A stretch of DNA of 64,000 nucleotides, taken from Escherichia phage Es2. Made by a program: the position numbers and the translations under genes. The notes beneath the pieces were generated by a model, which searched no databases, was not told the origin of the DNA, and saw only the letters and a program-made list of their open reading frames with translations. This document shows positions 44,177 through 53,822 of this stretch, in pieces. Within the stretch, counting starts at the first letter, position 1; every line of letters starts with the position of its first letter. The stretch lies in the sequence record OR515477.1. The stretch is one strand, 5' to 3'.

Positions 44177-44833
44177 TTGGAAAAGTTCTTACAATTATTA
44201 ACGGTACTGCTCCAAGAAGCGAAAGATCCAGCATCGCTTCTTAAACGTCTGCTAACTATCTTAGTTGCTGTCATTATTTTCTTATTTGTTAGTAATACTA
44301 GCGAGGTGATGTCATTCTTAAAGACTTTCTCCACGTCTGCGGTTCTACAGGATGTTCAAACTCAAAGGATAGATAACTTTCCTAATGTAGCTAGAGAAAA
44401 AAGCATGGTACTCTTTTCTCAAACGGGTGCGGATGCTGTTTTTGTCGTCAAGTATAAACCCGATGCCATTAATGATTATTCTAACATTATTGCATGGGAA
44501 AGCAATGCGCAATTAGATAGGGCTGACTTGGCCGATAAAGCGGTAAATAAAACGTCTGAGCTATATAGACGTCACTTGGAAGGCTTTAACTACGCATCGG
44601 ATTTAAGTGTAAAAGTAAATAAATACATGGGGTTAGATATACCTGCGTTTAAGAACGTTACTTTTAATTACATATACACTTGTCCATATTTCAATCTAAA
44701 CAATATCTATGCTGGATATATTGGTATTGCTTGGAAAGATAATCCTGTAGATGCAGCCGATTCTGAGAAATTTAACGAGTATTTAACAAAGCTCTGTTCC
44801 CCACAACAGAGATCTTTAGGTAGATCAATATGA
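44177..44833 (+). CDS. putative holin
   Basis: 218 aa with N-terminal TM (LTILVAVIIFLFV), directly upstream of and overlapping the endolysin gene. Confidence 0.6.
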   Translation: MEKFLQLLTVLLQEAKDPASLLKRLLTILVAVIIFLFVSNTSEVMSFLKTFSTSAVLQDVQTQRIDNFPNVAREKSMVLFSQTGADAVFVVKYKPDAINDYSNIIAWESNAQLDRADLADKAVNKTSELYRRHLEGFNYASDLSVKVNKYMGLDIPAFKNVTFNYIYTCPYFNLNNIYAGYIGIAWKDNPVDAADSEKFNEYLTKLCSPQQRSLGRSI

Positions 44834-45243
44834 GTTTTAAATTTGGTAAAAATAGTGAAAAACAATTAGCTACCGTTAAGCCAGAGCTACAAAAAGTAGC
44901 TCGTAGAGCTTTAGAATTATCTCCATATGATTTCACGATCGTACAGGGTATTCGTACAGTAGCACAAAGTGCCCAGAATATTGCTAATGGTACTTCATTT
45001 TTAAAAGATCCTAGTAAAAGCAAGCATATTACTGGGGATGCCCTTGATTTTGCTCCATATATTAATGGCAAAATTGATTGGAATGATTTAGAAGCATTTT
45101 GGGCAGTTAAAAAGGCTTTTGAACAAGCAGGTAAAGAACTAGGCATTAAACTTCGTTTTGGTGCTGATTGGAATGCTTCGGGAGACTATCACGATGAAAT
45201 AAAACGTGGTACCTATGATGGCGGTCATGTCGAACTAGTTTAA
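44830..45243 (+). CDS. lys: endolysin, L-alanyl-D-glutamate peptidase type
   Basis: 137 aa; H..D...H metal-site pattern (KHITGDALD ... DGGHVELV); matches the T5 endolysin as recalled from memory. Confidence 0.75.
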   Translation: MSFKFGKNSEKQLATVKPELQKVARRALELSPYDFTIVQGIRTVAQSAQNIANGTSFLKDPSKSKHITGDALDFAPYINGKIDWNDLEAFWAVKKAFEQAGKELGIKLRFGADWNASGDYHDEIKRGTYDGGHVELV

Positions 45244-45252
45244 TTGATAACT

Positions 45253-45278
45253 GAGGCGGGAATATTCCCGCCTTTTTA
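45253..45278 (+). terminator. rho-independent terminator
   Basis: GGCGGG-AATATT-CCCGCC hairpin followed by TTTTT. Confidence 0.7.
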
Positions 45279-45320
45279 GGCAAAGGGGGCTTTAATAATT
45301 TTTGAAGATAGGAGAAAGCC

Positions 45321-45737
45321 ATGTTTGCAGAACTATTCACTATGATGCTGCTAGGTATCTGGAAAATAAGTCTAGTAGTATTCGTTTTAATGATAGTTTT
45401 TACTATCCTTGCATTAACTACCCGAAATAGCTTACTAATAAAGGTTATTCACGGACTAGAGTATATAATTATGGGTTCATTCGGCGTTTGTAAATGCAAT
45501 TGCCATAGAGATACGAAATATTGTTGGTTATGGATGGAACTAGAGAATCCTATATCCATAGCTTTGGCTGTTTCATTCGGCATGATTCTTATGGCCCTTA
45601 CTCTAGCATTAATTCCTTTGATGTTAGCTGGGGGAGTTACAGCGTATTTCACCCTTTTCTCCCCGATACTTATGTACTCAATTTACCCAATAACTATGTA
45701 TCTAGTTAGGAAAAGATTTATACATGCAGTAGATTAA
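45321..45737 (+). CDS. integral membrane protein
   Basis: 138 aa with 3-4 hydrophobic segments. Confidence 0.5.
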   Translation: MFAELFTMMLLGIWKISLVVFVLMIVFTILALTTRNSLLIKVIHGLEYIIMGSFGVCKCNCHRDTKYCWLWMELENPISIALAVSFGMILMALTLALIPLMLAGGVTAYFTLFSPILMYSIYPITMYLVRKRFIHAVD

Positions 45738-45750
45738 GATAAAAAAGTAG

Positions 45751-45779
45751 TTGACTTTTAGCCCTAGTTATTATATAAT
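45751..45779 (+). promoter_or_regulatory. sigma70 promoter
   Basis: TTGACT, 17 bp, TATAAT. Confidence 0.6.
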
Positions 45780-45812
45780 ATATACATAAATTAGTTAAGA
45801 GAGGTATATATT

Positions 45813-46244
45813 ATGTCTGATCGTTTCTATACTCAAATGGCGGAACATTTTCGTATACCACATTACGAGCTAAACATTGCACTCCGTGATCATGACTCTC
45901 CTGAGTACAAAAAGCTCGAAAAGAAAGCGGAAAAATCTATTGATACAAAGGTAGGTGCATCTATGTCTAAGGGCAAAAAGTTAACTCGTCTTGATCTTAA
46001 TAAAATTTTAACTGAACTTTTGGGTACTGATATTGAAGGTGCTAAATTACCGCTTCTTGTACTAGAGACTATGATTAAAAAGGTCAAAAATAAAGAGTAT
46101 AAAAAGGTAGAAGTCCCAGAAGGCAGATTAAAGGCTCCTTATCAGGAAGCATTAACCGAGTGTTTGGGTGTAAATCTTGATCTGAGCACCGCAACCGTAA
46201 AAACTATGAAAAACTTCTTAGAGGCCATTAATAACTATGAGTAA
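45813..46244 (+). CDS. hypothetical protein
   Basis: 143 aa ORF after promoter 45751-45779, GAGAGG RBS. Confidence 0.5.
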   Translation: MSDRFYTQMAEHFRIPHYELNIALRDHDSPEYKKLEKKAEKSIDTKVGASMSKGKKLTRLDLNKILTELLGTDIEGAKLPLLVLETMIKKVKNKEYKKVEVPEGRLKAPYQEALTECLGVNLDLSTATVKTMKNFLEAINNYE

Positions 46245-46527
46245 ATTAGTATATCTATTGAAAGGTTCTACTTGCAACCCTTGCAAAATGTTTGAGCCAG
46301 TATTTGATAAAGTAGTCAATGAATATAATTTGGAAGTCCATAAAGAGACTGATAATACAGAATTAATGCAGAAATTTGGCGTACGCCAAGTTCCTGTAGT
46401 AGTTCTGGCAGATCGCTTACCTAATGGTCGAGTAGAAGCTAATCATATTTTGATTGGACGTCAGCTTCGTAAAGAAACTATGCACGAAGCTATTAAAAAT
46501 TTCCTGGATGATAATCCAGAGGATTAA
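46237..46527 (+). CDS. thioredoxin-fold protein (CxxC)
   Basis: N-terminal STCNPCKMFEP CxxC motif, 96 aa. Confidence 0.5.
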   Translation: MSKLVYLLKGSTCNPCKMFEPVFDKVVNEYNLEVHKETDNTELMQKFGVRQVPVVVLADRLPNGRVEANHILIGRQLRKETMHEAIKNFLDDNPED

Positions 46528-46533
46528 TAAACC

Positions 46534-46566
46534 AAGCCTGATCTTAGCGGATCAGGCTTTTATTTT
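46534..46566 (+). terminator. rho-independent terminator
   Basis: AAGCCTGAT...ATCAGGCTT hairpin followed by TTTATTTT. Confidence 0.7.
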
Positions 46567-46568
46567 AC

Positions 46569-46597
46569 TTGCTTTCAGCTAAAAATTTTGGTATAAT
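46569..46597 (+). promoter_or_regulatory. early-type sigma70 promoter
   Basis: TTGCTT, 17 bp, TGGTATAAT. Confidence 0.6.
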
Positions 46598-46624
46598 ACT
46601 TATATAAATTGATTGGAGGATTAA

Positions 46625-46870
46625 ATGTTAGCGGAACAAGCAAAACGTTTAGCTAGGATAAATAGAGCTGCTCTTCTCAAGAGCAGAAAGAAGCCGTATA
46701 GATACGTTAAAAGACGGATTCTAGCTTCTGTAGAGGCTGGGGGTTCTTTTATACAATTTAATCGTGATGAAATTAGTTATGAAGCTATAAAAGCCCTCTA
46801 TAAAGATGGTTATACTCTAAAACTATCAAATAATTATGGTACAACTATTTTAAATGTTATTTGGGAATAA
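46625..46870 (+). CDS. hypothetical protein
   Basis: 81 aa ORF after promoter 46569-46597. Confidence 0.5.
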   Translation: MLAEQAKRLARINRAALLKSRKKPYRYVKRRILASVEAGGSFIQFNRDEISYEAIKALYKDGYTLKLSNNYGTTILNVIWE

Positions 46871-46872
46871 TT

Positions 46873-47736
46873 ATGAAAAAAGAATTTAATGTACATAAAA
46901 CACTAGTAGTACCTGATGATGTTAACTTATTCTTTGTTGGTGATATTCATGGATGCAACGATTTACTAGAAGATGCACTACAATTAGCTGGATATAACGG
47001 CAAGAAAGATTGCGTTGTATGCGTGGGAGATTTAATTGATCGAGGCACGCAGAACCTACAAGTTTTAGCTAAATTCCTGTATAATCCACGCTTTATCAGT
47101 GTCCGTGGTAATCATGACCAATTTATGATTGTGGGAGATTGGGCTAACTGGATGTATAACGGTGGTATGTGGGCTATGAATGAACTAGATGCAGATACCA
47201 TTAAAAATATTGCCGAAGACATGGCTGAAAAAATGCCAGTATTCCTAACTGTTAAACATCGCGGCAAGAAGTATGGTGTTGTTCATGGTGGTGTACCTTT
47301 TACATACAAAGAATGTGGTAATGAAGTAGAAACCCCAGTATGGGATAATCTTATTGCACAAGTAGAAGCAGCTAAGGAAGACCCACACGACCATCCTGGA
47401 TACCATGTTGAGCCATACTTATGGGATCGAGATGTAATCCAAGAAATAGGTTTTCACTTAGCTAAAAATGGTGAAGAACACTCATATTTCCAGCGTTATG
47501 CAGGGTTTAAAGAGAAATACATGGTAGAAGTACCTCCAGTTAATGGGGTAGACTTTGTATTTCATGGACATACCGGAGTACCTTACCCGATTTTATACCA
47601 GAACCGTGTTTATCTTGATACTGGCGGTGTTTTCAACGGGCAGTTGACGGTTGCGCAAGTTAATGATGAAACTGGGAAAATCACAACATTTACCACGCTT
47701 CGAGAAGATAGCTGTGGTGTACAGAGGATTCTTTAA
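46873..47736 (+). CDS. Ser/Thr protein phosphatase (calcineurin-like metallophosphoesterase)
   Basis: GDIHGC, GDLIDRG and RGNHD motifs. Confidence 0.75.
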   Translation: MKKEFNVHKTLVVPDDVNLFFVGDIHGCNDLLEDALQLAGYNGKKDCVVCVGDLIDRGTQNLQVLAKFLYNPRFISVRGNHDQFMIVGDWANWMYNGGMWAMNELDADTIKNIAEDMAEKMPVFLTVKHRGKKYGVVHGGVPFTYKECGNEVETPVWDNLIAQVEAAKEDPHDHPGYHVEPYLWDRDVIQEIGFHLAKNGEEHSYFQRYAGFKEKYMVEVPPVNGVDFVFHGHTGVPYPILYQNRVYLDTGGVFNGQLTVAQVNDETGKITTFTTLREDSCGVQRIL

Positions 47737-48023
47737 TGAATGATAGAATGAAAGAAGTACAAGAAGAATTACGAGCAATGCGTATTGATGCCCTTCGTTG
47801 GAGAGCATTAGTTAATGCTTTCGTCAAAGGAGATACCGGAGTAATATATTCTGGAATAGCAGTCAATTTTTGTTTTAATTCTCCTGCTGAAATAGAGATA
47901 GAAACAAGGCTTACTACCTACCTTAATGAGGTAGACCTTAAGGAAGGAGAGACTCCCGGGGAGTTTAAAACTAGAGTATTAACTACCTGGGTTGATAATT
48001 TAATACAAAAAAGGAGTAAGTGA
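47736..48023 (+). CDS. hypothetical protein
   Basis: 95 aa ORF, ATGA coupling. Confidence 0.45.
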   Translation: MNDRMKEVQEELRAMRIDALRWRALVNAFVKGDTGVIYSGIAVNFCFNSPAEIEIETRLTTYLNEVDLKEGETPGEFKTRVLTTWVDNLIQKRSK

Positions 48024-48613
48024 TGAAGGTTAAATTCTGGTCAGACTTGCACTTAGACCACCCTGGAGCACTACGTTTCCGTCCGTGGTTTAAGAACATG
48101 AAAGAGCACGATGAGTATATTCTAGATACTTTATCCAAGCATATTGGTAAACGAACAAAACTTATTTTGCTAGGAGATATTGCAGTAGGTCGTGAAGGTC
48201 TGGCCAAATTAAAGTCGGTTATCCACAATGTCCCTAATCAACTCATTATGGGTAATCATGATGCGGAGCGTCAAGGACTGAGTATTAGGGACTTAGCGGA
48301 AGTTTATGACGATATTCAAGCTCTAGGCAAACAGACTGGAGGTGGCAAAAAGTTTTGGCTATCTCACTGCCCTTTGCACCCTAATGAACTTCGTGGCAAA
48401 CTAAATATTCACGGACATGTACATACTACTTCTTTACGTGATCCACGTTATATTAATGTCTCATTTGAAATGAGTAGAACTCCAATTCCACTAGAGGATA
48501 TTGTGTCTGGTAAGTTTACTAGTTACGATAGAGTGGTTAATTGTACTACCGGCGAGGTATTACAAATAGGAGAAGACGTAGCTGCTGTATTGCGTGGCGA
48601 TATAAATGTCTAA
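48020..48613 (+). CDS. calcineurin-like metallophosphoesterase (second copy)
   Basis: LGDIAVGREG, GNHD and HGHVH motifs. Confidence 0.6.
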   Translation: MMKVKFWSDLHLDHPGALRFRPWFKNMKEHDEYILDTLSKHIGKRTKLILLGDIAVGREGLAKLKSVIHNVPNQLIMGNHDAERQGLSIRDLAEVYDDIQALGKQTGGGKKFWLSHCPLHPNELRGKLNIHGHVHTTSLRDPRYINVSFEMSRTPIPLEDIVSGKFTSYDRVVNCTTGEVLQIGEDVAAVLRGDINV

Positions 48614-48721
48614 GTATATAGCTAGGGCTATTATTAAACGAATTATACAAGTGATAGCAATACTTATAGTTATTTGTATTGCCATTGGCACAGGACTAGG
48701 CATTTTAATTAAAAGTTTTAT

Positions 48722-48750
48722 TTGCTAAAATGCCTAAATTTCTGTATAAT
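48722..48750 (+). promoter_or_regulatory. early-type sigma70 promoter
   Basis: TTGCTA, 17 bp, TGTATAAT. Confidence 0.6.
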
Positions 48751-48780
48751 TACTTTATAAATTGATGAGAAGGAATAAAA

Positions 48781-49212
48781 ATGAACAAAGTCGATAAAGC
48801 CTTAGTTTTCGCAGCAGCAGATAAGTTTGAACAAGTCAAGGCAACTTTCCGAACCTTGTTCCAGTCTTACGTTCAAGATAAGTCTAATCCTATTTCTGAA
48901 CGCTTAATGGTTTGGGAATGTCATGCTTGCAATGCCCTGCTAATTGCGGATTATCGTAGTGATATAGATAAAGATCTCTGTGAAATCCTCATCCCTGAGG
49001 AAGCAGAACGTTATCAGCTAATCTCTTTTCAAGATTTGGCAGAGCACATAATCCCTGATGATCTTTGGGATAAATACTATGGTGATCCTGAAGATGAGGG
49101 GATGACTCCAGAAGCATGTATTGAGTTAATCTGTAAGGATCATCCTGAAATTGCAGAAAAATTTGAAAAAGTTTTTGCTTCTGAGTTCTCTGGTGTTGTT
49201 AACGATTGGTAA
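48781..49212 (+). CDS. hypothetical protein
   Basis: 143 aa ORF after promoter 48722-48750. Confidence 0.5.
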   Translation: MNKVDKALVFAAADKFEQVKATFRTLFQSYVQDKSNPISERLMVWECHACNALLIADYRSDIDKDLCEILIPEEAERYQLISFQDLAEHIIPDDLWDKYYGDPEDEGMTPEACIELICKDHPEIAEKFEKVFASEFSGVVNDW

Positions 49213-49229
49213 GTAATTAAAAAATTCAG

Positions 49230-49258
49230 TTGCTTTAAGCCTTAAAATTCTGTATAAT
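49230..49258 (+). promoter_or_regulatory. early-type sigma70 promoter
   Basis: TTGCTT, 17 bp, TGTATAAT. Confidence 0.6.
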
Positions 49259-49290
49259 AAGTTCATAAATTAATGAGAGAGGAAATTCTA

Positions 49291-49542
49291 ATGGAAAACA
49301 TGACTAAAAATGAAATGGCTAACGTTCTGGCAATTCTCCTCGACATGCAGGGTTTTGAGGGTCAGCTCATGAAGATGTCTATTCCGGCAATGAAAAAGAT
49401 GTATGATTCTCTGAATAAGAATGCTATGGCATTCAACCTTGCAAAACAGGAAGCACGTTTTGCTAAAGAGCATCAAGCGACTGCCGAACGTCGTGCAGCA
49501 TCTTTTGAGCGTGAAGTTAAGCAACTGAAAGGTAAGAAATAA
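49291..49542 (+). CDS. hypothetical protein
   Basis: ATG 49291 with GAGAGG RBS after promoter 49230-49258. Confidence 0.5.
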   Translation: MENMTKNEMANVLAILLDMQGFEGQLMKMSIPAMKKMYDSLNKNAMAFNLAKQEARFAKEHQATAERRAASFEREVKQLKGKK

Positions 49543-49564
49543 GGACTAAGGGAGTATATAATTA

Positions 49565-49846
49565 ATGTTGATTGAAATTCTTATTGGGTTACTAGTTCTT
49601 ACTACCCTAGTAGCGATTGGCGGAGTTATTGGGATTGTGAATGCACGAAAAAGCATGGAAAATATGCTTATTACTAATGATGGACTACACCACCGTTTGC
49701 TAGAGCAAGAGCAGGATATTGAATTAGCACAAAGACGCTCGGATATTCTTAAGGAAAAATTAAATAATATAGAAGCAATAGTTGGGAATAATAAATTACC
49801 TGCTAAAGTAATGCGTACACAGATAATCACGGAGATTAAAAAATGA
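49565..49846 (+). CDS. membrane-anchored protein
   Basis: N-terminal TM (ILIGLLVLTTLVAIGGVIGIV), 93 aa. Confidence 0.5.
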   Translation: MLIEILIGLLVLTTLVAIGGVIGIVNARKSMENMLITNDGLHHRLLEQEQDIELAQRRSDILKEKLNNIEAIVGNNKLPAKVMRTQIITEIKK

Positions 49847-50088
49847 TGATGTTTATTCTAGCGTTTTATCTAATTGTGGTTGGTGTACTGGTTACTAAGT
49901 ATCACACATGGACACCAAAGAATGTAGGTAAGGTAGCACTGTTTGTTATCCCAGTTCCACTTATTATCTTTTCTATGTTACTGGTGATGTTAATTGGTAA
50001 AGTAACAAAAACTGATATTAAACGTATTGCTGATGAATTGCAACAGTCTTGTGATATGGTAGAGGATATTATTAAAGATGAAGCTTAA
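49843..50088 (+). CDS. small membrane protein
   Basis: 81 aa, two hydrophobic segments. Confidence 0.5.
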   Translation: MMMFILAFYLIVVGVLVTKYHTWTPKNVGKVALFVIPVPLIIFSMLLVMLIGKVTKTDIKRIADELQQSCDMVEDIIKDEA

Positions 50089-50404
50089 TTTTAATGAATT
50101 AAATACCTTACATGAGATATTACAGTTTGTGAATAATAATATTAGTATTCCAGATGATACTCTAGAAGTTCTCATGTTAATCGAGAAAAAGGTAGGAATT
50201 GAAATTGAGGATTCTTGGAAACCACTTTCTGTATTAACACCACTTAATATAAAAGTGATAGTTAAAAATATTGATACTGGTGAAGAGTGTGAAATGATTC
50301 GTAAAGAACTAGCTGATAGTTATTCACCAAAGTCTGTAGTAATGTACCATGATGATACTCCTAAGGTTCTACAGACAGCTAATTACGTATGGCGTCTACC
50401 ATGA
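50078..50404 (+). CDS. hypothetical protein
   Basis: 108 aa ORF. Confidence 0.5.
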   Translation: MKLNFNELNTLHEILQFVNNNISIPDDTLEVLMLIEKKVGIEIEDSWKPLSVLTPLNIKVIVKNIDTGEECEMIRKELADSYSPKSVVMYHDDTPKVLQTANYVWRLP

Positions 50405-50503
50405 TTGATCTAGTACCAGTTACTGCGGGGCTAATAGCATTGCTAGTATTAGCAGTATTCATTATTGTGGAGCAGGCCAAAGTAATAAGGAGACTTAAAA
50501 ACA

Positions 50504-50704
50504 ATGATAAAACGTCTTGTTTATCAGGCACCAAAGATTGTAACTGAGTATTTTGTATTACTGCCTCAGATTGTATTTCTAACAGCATTATTTAATATAC
50601 TTTTTCGACATCTAGGAATAACGGAAAATATCTTCTACACTTCTGAACTACTTCCCTTTATGTACGAAGGCATCATCGTGGCAATTAACGGAGTTCGTAA
50701 ATGA
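50504..50704 (+). CDS. hypothetical protein
   Basis: 66 aa ORF. Confidence 0.4.
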   Translation: MIKRLVYQAPKIVTEYFVLLPQIVFLTALFNILFRHLGITENIFYTSELLPFMYEGIIVAINGVRK

Positions 50705-51162
50705 CAGCACTACAACAACTACAGAATTACTGGTTTGATAACCAATTTAACGATCTCTTTATCCAGTTGTTTGTCGAAACGAACGGACGCTTCAACTACC
50801 GATTCTTTAATAAGTTTCACGAAACAAAATTCTCCCATACAGAAATTAACGCAGCAATTCAGGACTTAACAGGTTCTAAGGTAATTCAGTATCGTGAAGT
50901 AGACTTTACACCAGATTGTTTTGGATTTGAATTGTTTAAGAAAGCGTATAAATTTGGCAAGTTTGAGGATGCTCGTCAATGGGTTCATGATTTCTGGTAT
51001 AATACCGATATTGTTCCTAGTCGTGTGCTGATTCTTAACTGGATTGCTAAACAACACCCACCTAAAGCTCAATCGTCCTTCTTACCAACTGACACAGGAA
51101 ACCTTTACCATGACAGAAAAGAAAAATCCATTGCTGGAGCAGATGAAGGAATGGGAGAGTAA
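50701..51162 (+). CDS. hypothetical protein
   Basis: 153 aa ORF, ATGA coupling. Confidence 0.5.
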   Translation: MTALQQLQNYWFDNQFNDLFIQLFVETNGRFNYRFFNKFHETKFSHTEINAAIQDLTGSKVIQYREVDFTPDCFGFELFKKAYKFGKFEDARQWVHDFWYNTDIVPSRVLILNWIAKQHPPKAQSSFLPTDTGNLYHDRKEKSIAGADEGMGE

Positions 51163-51481
51163 TATTGAAACTGGTCTAGTAGACGGAGAAGATATTGTTA
51201 ACTCTATGCTAGAAGTAACAGTGGATAATATTAACCCTATTTTGGCCGGGGAAACCTCAGATCTTATAGGACTTTCTAGTACATTCGATTCTTTGGCTAA
51301 ATTAGCCTTAGATAACGAAGAGATAACCAAAGAAGATCTCGCTACAGCTATGAATATGGCTATTAACGCCTATATTGGTAAACGTACTGATGAACTCGAT
51401 AAACAAATCAAAAAGCGTGATACAACGTTAGATCTTATGGAAATGGCCACTATGTTAAGAAGTGGTAAACAACTTCATTAA
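51110..51481 (+). CDS. hypothetical protein
   Basis: Start MTEKKNPLLEQ (ACAGGAAACC upstream); terminator follows. Confidence 0.45.
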   Translation: MTEKKNPLLEQMKEWESNIETGLVDGEDIVNSMLEVTVDNINPILAGETSDLIGLSSTFDSLAKLALDNEEITKEDLATAMNMAINAYIGKRTDELDKQIKKRDTTLDLMEMATMLRSGKQLH

Positions 51482-51487
51482 TTTTAG

Positions 51488-51518
51488 GGGCCAGGACTTA
51501 ATTGTTCTGGCCTTTTGT
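51488..51518 (+). terminator. rho-independent terminator
   Basis: GGCCAGG...CTGGCC hairpin followed by TTTTGTG. Confidence 0.6.
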
Positions 51519-51535
51519 GTTTCAAGGAACTCCAA

Positions 51536-51739
51536 ATGCAAGTATACGTCCTTACTAGAGACATAAATGAGTATAATCAGGATGGTGAGTATTTTGTAAA
51601 AGTGTTCGCTGAAAAGCCAAGTAAACAACAACTATTAGACGCTGGAGTACCAGAAGACCAGGCTAAGTATATACTACAAGATAAAGAATTTACTGGAGAT
51701 GCTTACGAATGCTTCCATCTTAGTTGTGAGAATATCTAA
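51536..51739 (+). CDS. hypothetical protein
   Basis: 67 aa ORF. Confidence 0.45.
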   Translation: MQVYVLTRDINEYNQDGEYFVKVFAEKPSKQQLLDAGVPEDQAKYILQDKEFTGDAYECFHLSCENI

Positions 51740-51740
51740 T

Positions 51741-52187
51741 ATGAGAGAAAAAGTAAATGAATTATTAATCGAGGAAGCGAACAACTTCCCAATAAATAGG
51801 TTTATCAAATCGGATGGATCTATTAATAGAACTAAGATTAAGCAGTTACACCCCGACTTTCAACAAGAAGCGCTAAATCTTATATTTGTCAAGAAAGCTG
51901 TTGCAGCTCATGGGGTTTTCTTCGGGTATGAGCGTGTAAATTATAAGACAATGCAACAGCAGGTTGAGATATATTGTCCAGACCACAAGGGTTATTACTG
52001 GCAAACTGCTAGATCTCATTTAGAAGGGCATGGTTGTCGACTGTGCGCACACAAGGTTGTGCAGCGTATCACGGATTATGGAACTTATACCGTACCAGCA
52101 TGTTATCATAAATTTGTAATTGACGATAACCATATAGTTTGGTATAATAAGTTTTCAAAGTTAAGAATGGAGATAAATAGTGAGTAG
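51741..52187 (+). CDS. hypothetical Cys/His-containing protein
   Basis: 148 aa; CPDHKGYYW...HGCRLCAHK motif. Confidence 0.45.
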   Translation: MREKVNELLIEEANNFPINRFIKSDGSINRTKIKQLHPDFQQEALNLIFVKKAVAAHGVFFGYERVNYKTMQQQVEIYCPDHKGYYWQTARSHLEGHGCRLCAHKVVQRITDYGTYTVPACYHKFVIDDNHIVWYNKFSKLRMEINSE

Positions 52188-52470
52188 CTACATTGTATGG
52201 TCAAATCCATTAGCAGCACTTAGTAATAAATTATTTAAAACAGAATGGGGTAAAAACGAAATAGACTTAGGTAGTCGCCCAATACCAAATAAGCACCCAT
52301 TAGTACCCGAGCTATATAGGGTAGTTATAAATGGCACAGAGTATTTGGTCGATAAATTTGACAGAAAACGTTTACTAGAGGGTATCTACGATAATTCTAT
52401 ATCAATAAATGAATTAGTGGAACATGCCCAAATATATGATAAAAGCTGGATGTTAATATGGAAATCATAG
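52180..52470 (+). CDS. hypothetical protein
   Basis: 96 aa ORF. Confidence 0.45.
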   Translation: MSSYIVWSNPLAALSNKLFKTEWGKNEIDLGSRPIPNKHPLVPELYRVVINGTEYLVDKFDRKRLLEGIYDNSISINELVEHAQIYDKSWMLIWKS

Positions 52471-52691
52471 CAATTATTTTAGTAGTTATGTTATTCATCG
52501 TAGTACTTGTATCTTTTGCTATTATGAGCAGAGCTAGAGAACTAGCAGAAGATCTAACAAAATTACGTGGTGAAGTGGCCGCCCTTAAACTACAGCGTGA
52601 GGCTTTAAAGTTGTTTGTAGTTCAGGGTAGCGTAGCTCATACACCAGAAGACTTCATCATATACCTCAAACGCTATATGGGGATTAAATAA
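52458..52691 (+). CDS. small membrane protein
   Basis: 77 aa with N-terminal TM. Confidence 0.45.
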   Translation: MEIIAIILVVMLFIVVLVSFAIMSRARELAEDLTKLRGEVAALKLQREALKLFVVQGSVAHTPEDFIIYLKRYMGIK

Positions 52692-52876
52692 TGGAAACAC
52701 TTTTTCTTTTAATGCTCGTAGGTTCGTTAGTAGTTATATTAGCACTCCTATTAATCTGTAATATTCTTAATAATAAGAATTTAGGACTAAAGTGTGAGAA
52801 CCAAATCCTTAATCGTGAACTTGAGCAATATAACCTAGCAGCCCATAAACTATTAGACAAACTGGAGAATAAATAA
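52691..52876 (+). CDS. small membrane protein
   Basis: 61 aa with N-terminal TM. Confidence 0.45.
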   Translation: METLFLLMLVGSLVVILALLLICNILNNKNLGLKCENQILNRELEQYNLAAHKLLDKLENK

Positions 52877-53475
52877 TGTTCACACAACAACCTATTCAAG
52901 TAGTACCAGACCATGAACTGAACACATGGGATTATAGCTTTAAAGATTTAACTGCTACTGTACAATTCAAATCTATGAAGCTAACATTTGCACACACTGA
53001 CCTTAGAGCATGTAAAGATCTTGAAGGTAAGCTAGAAGATGCTCGTAAGATTTTTGGCAAGGCTCGCATCCCGGCTGATAACCTGATTAATGCACTGATC
53101 GATGCAGGATACAAACTCGTGAAGGCTGAGGTTAACCGTCCTAGTACTCCAGTGACTATTAGAGATCCGTGGCAATCAGGGCCAATCGCAATGCTAAATA
53201 AATCATCGGATTTGCACAATGTTCCATGTGGCGGTACGCTGTCGTCTAATCAATCCTATCGAGTTGGGGAAGATTATGGGCCTTCTATACAGTTGAAACA
53301 TACTCAAGAAGCTCTTGAGTCTGACATGAAAAGCGTAGCACCGGGGAACTCTGGAGTTTCTAGGAATTCTGTCTATACTGTTCATTTAAACAATCCTGGT
53401 AATCATGGAAGTTTAGAGGATGCTATTATGGAGGCGTTGGGAGCTGTCATTAATGAAGATAAGAGAGGTAATTAA
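52876..53475 (+). CDS. hypothetical protein
   Basis: 199 aa ORF. Confidence 0.5.
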   Translation: MFTQQPIQVVPDHELNTWDYSFKDLTATVQFKSMKLTFAHTDLRACKDLEGKLEDARKIFGKARIPADNLINALIDAGYKLVKAEVNRPSTPVTIRDPWQSGPIAMLNKSSDLHNVPCGGTLSSNQSYRVGEDYGPSIQLKHTQEALESDMKSVAPGNSGVSRNSVYTVHLNNPGNHGSLEDAIMEALGAVINEDKRGN

Positions 53476-53822
53476 TGATATTTGGTAAAACAAAAATAGC
53501 CCCTGCTGGGGAAAATTTAATTACTCTTAGCCTCTACTATAAGGATGAAAATGTAGAAATAGAAACATTAGAGTATGTTCTTATAAATACTAATAAGCCT
53601 AAAATAGGAGAGTTACTTGGTATAATCTCTAATATCTCTGATAGGGAAGATATTCCAAGTATAACACCAAAGAATATAGCTCACTTAGCACAACAATTAG
53701 GAATCTTGTGGTATAAAGTAGATCTTCCAGCTAAAGAAAGAACCAAAGGAACCTTTGCAGAGATCGCAAGAAAACCTAAGTCAGAAAAGAAAGAAACAGG
53801 GGAGCAAGCGTCTGATATATGA
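53475..53822 (+). CDS. hypothetical protein
   Basis: 115 aa ORF. Confidence 0.5.
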   Translation: MIFGKTKIAPAGENLITLSLYYKDENVEIETLEYVLINTNKPKIGELLGIISNISDREDIPSITPKNIAHLAQQLGILWYKVDLPAKERTKGTFAEIARKPKSEKKETGEQASDI

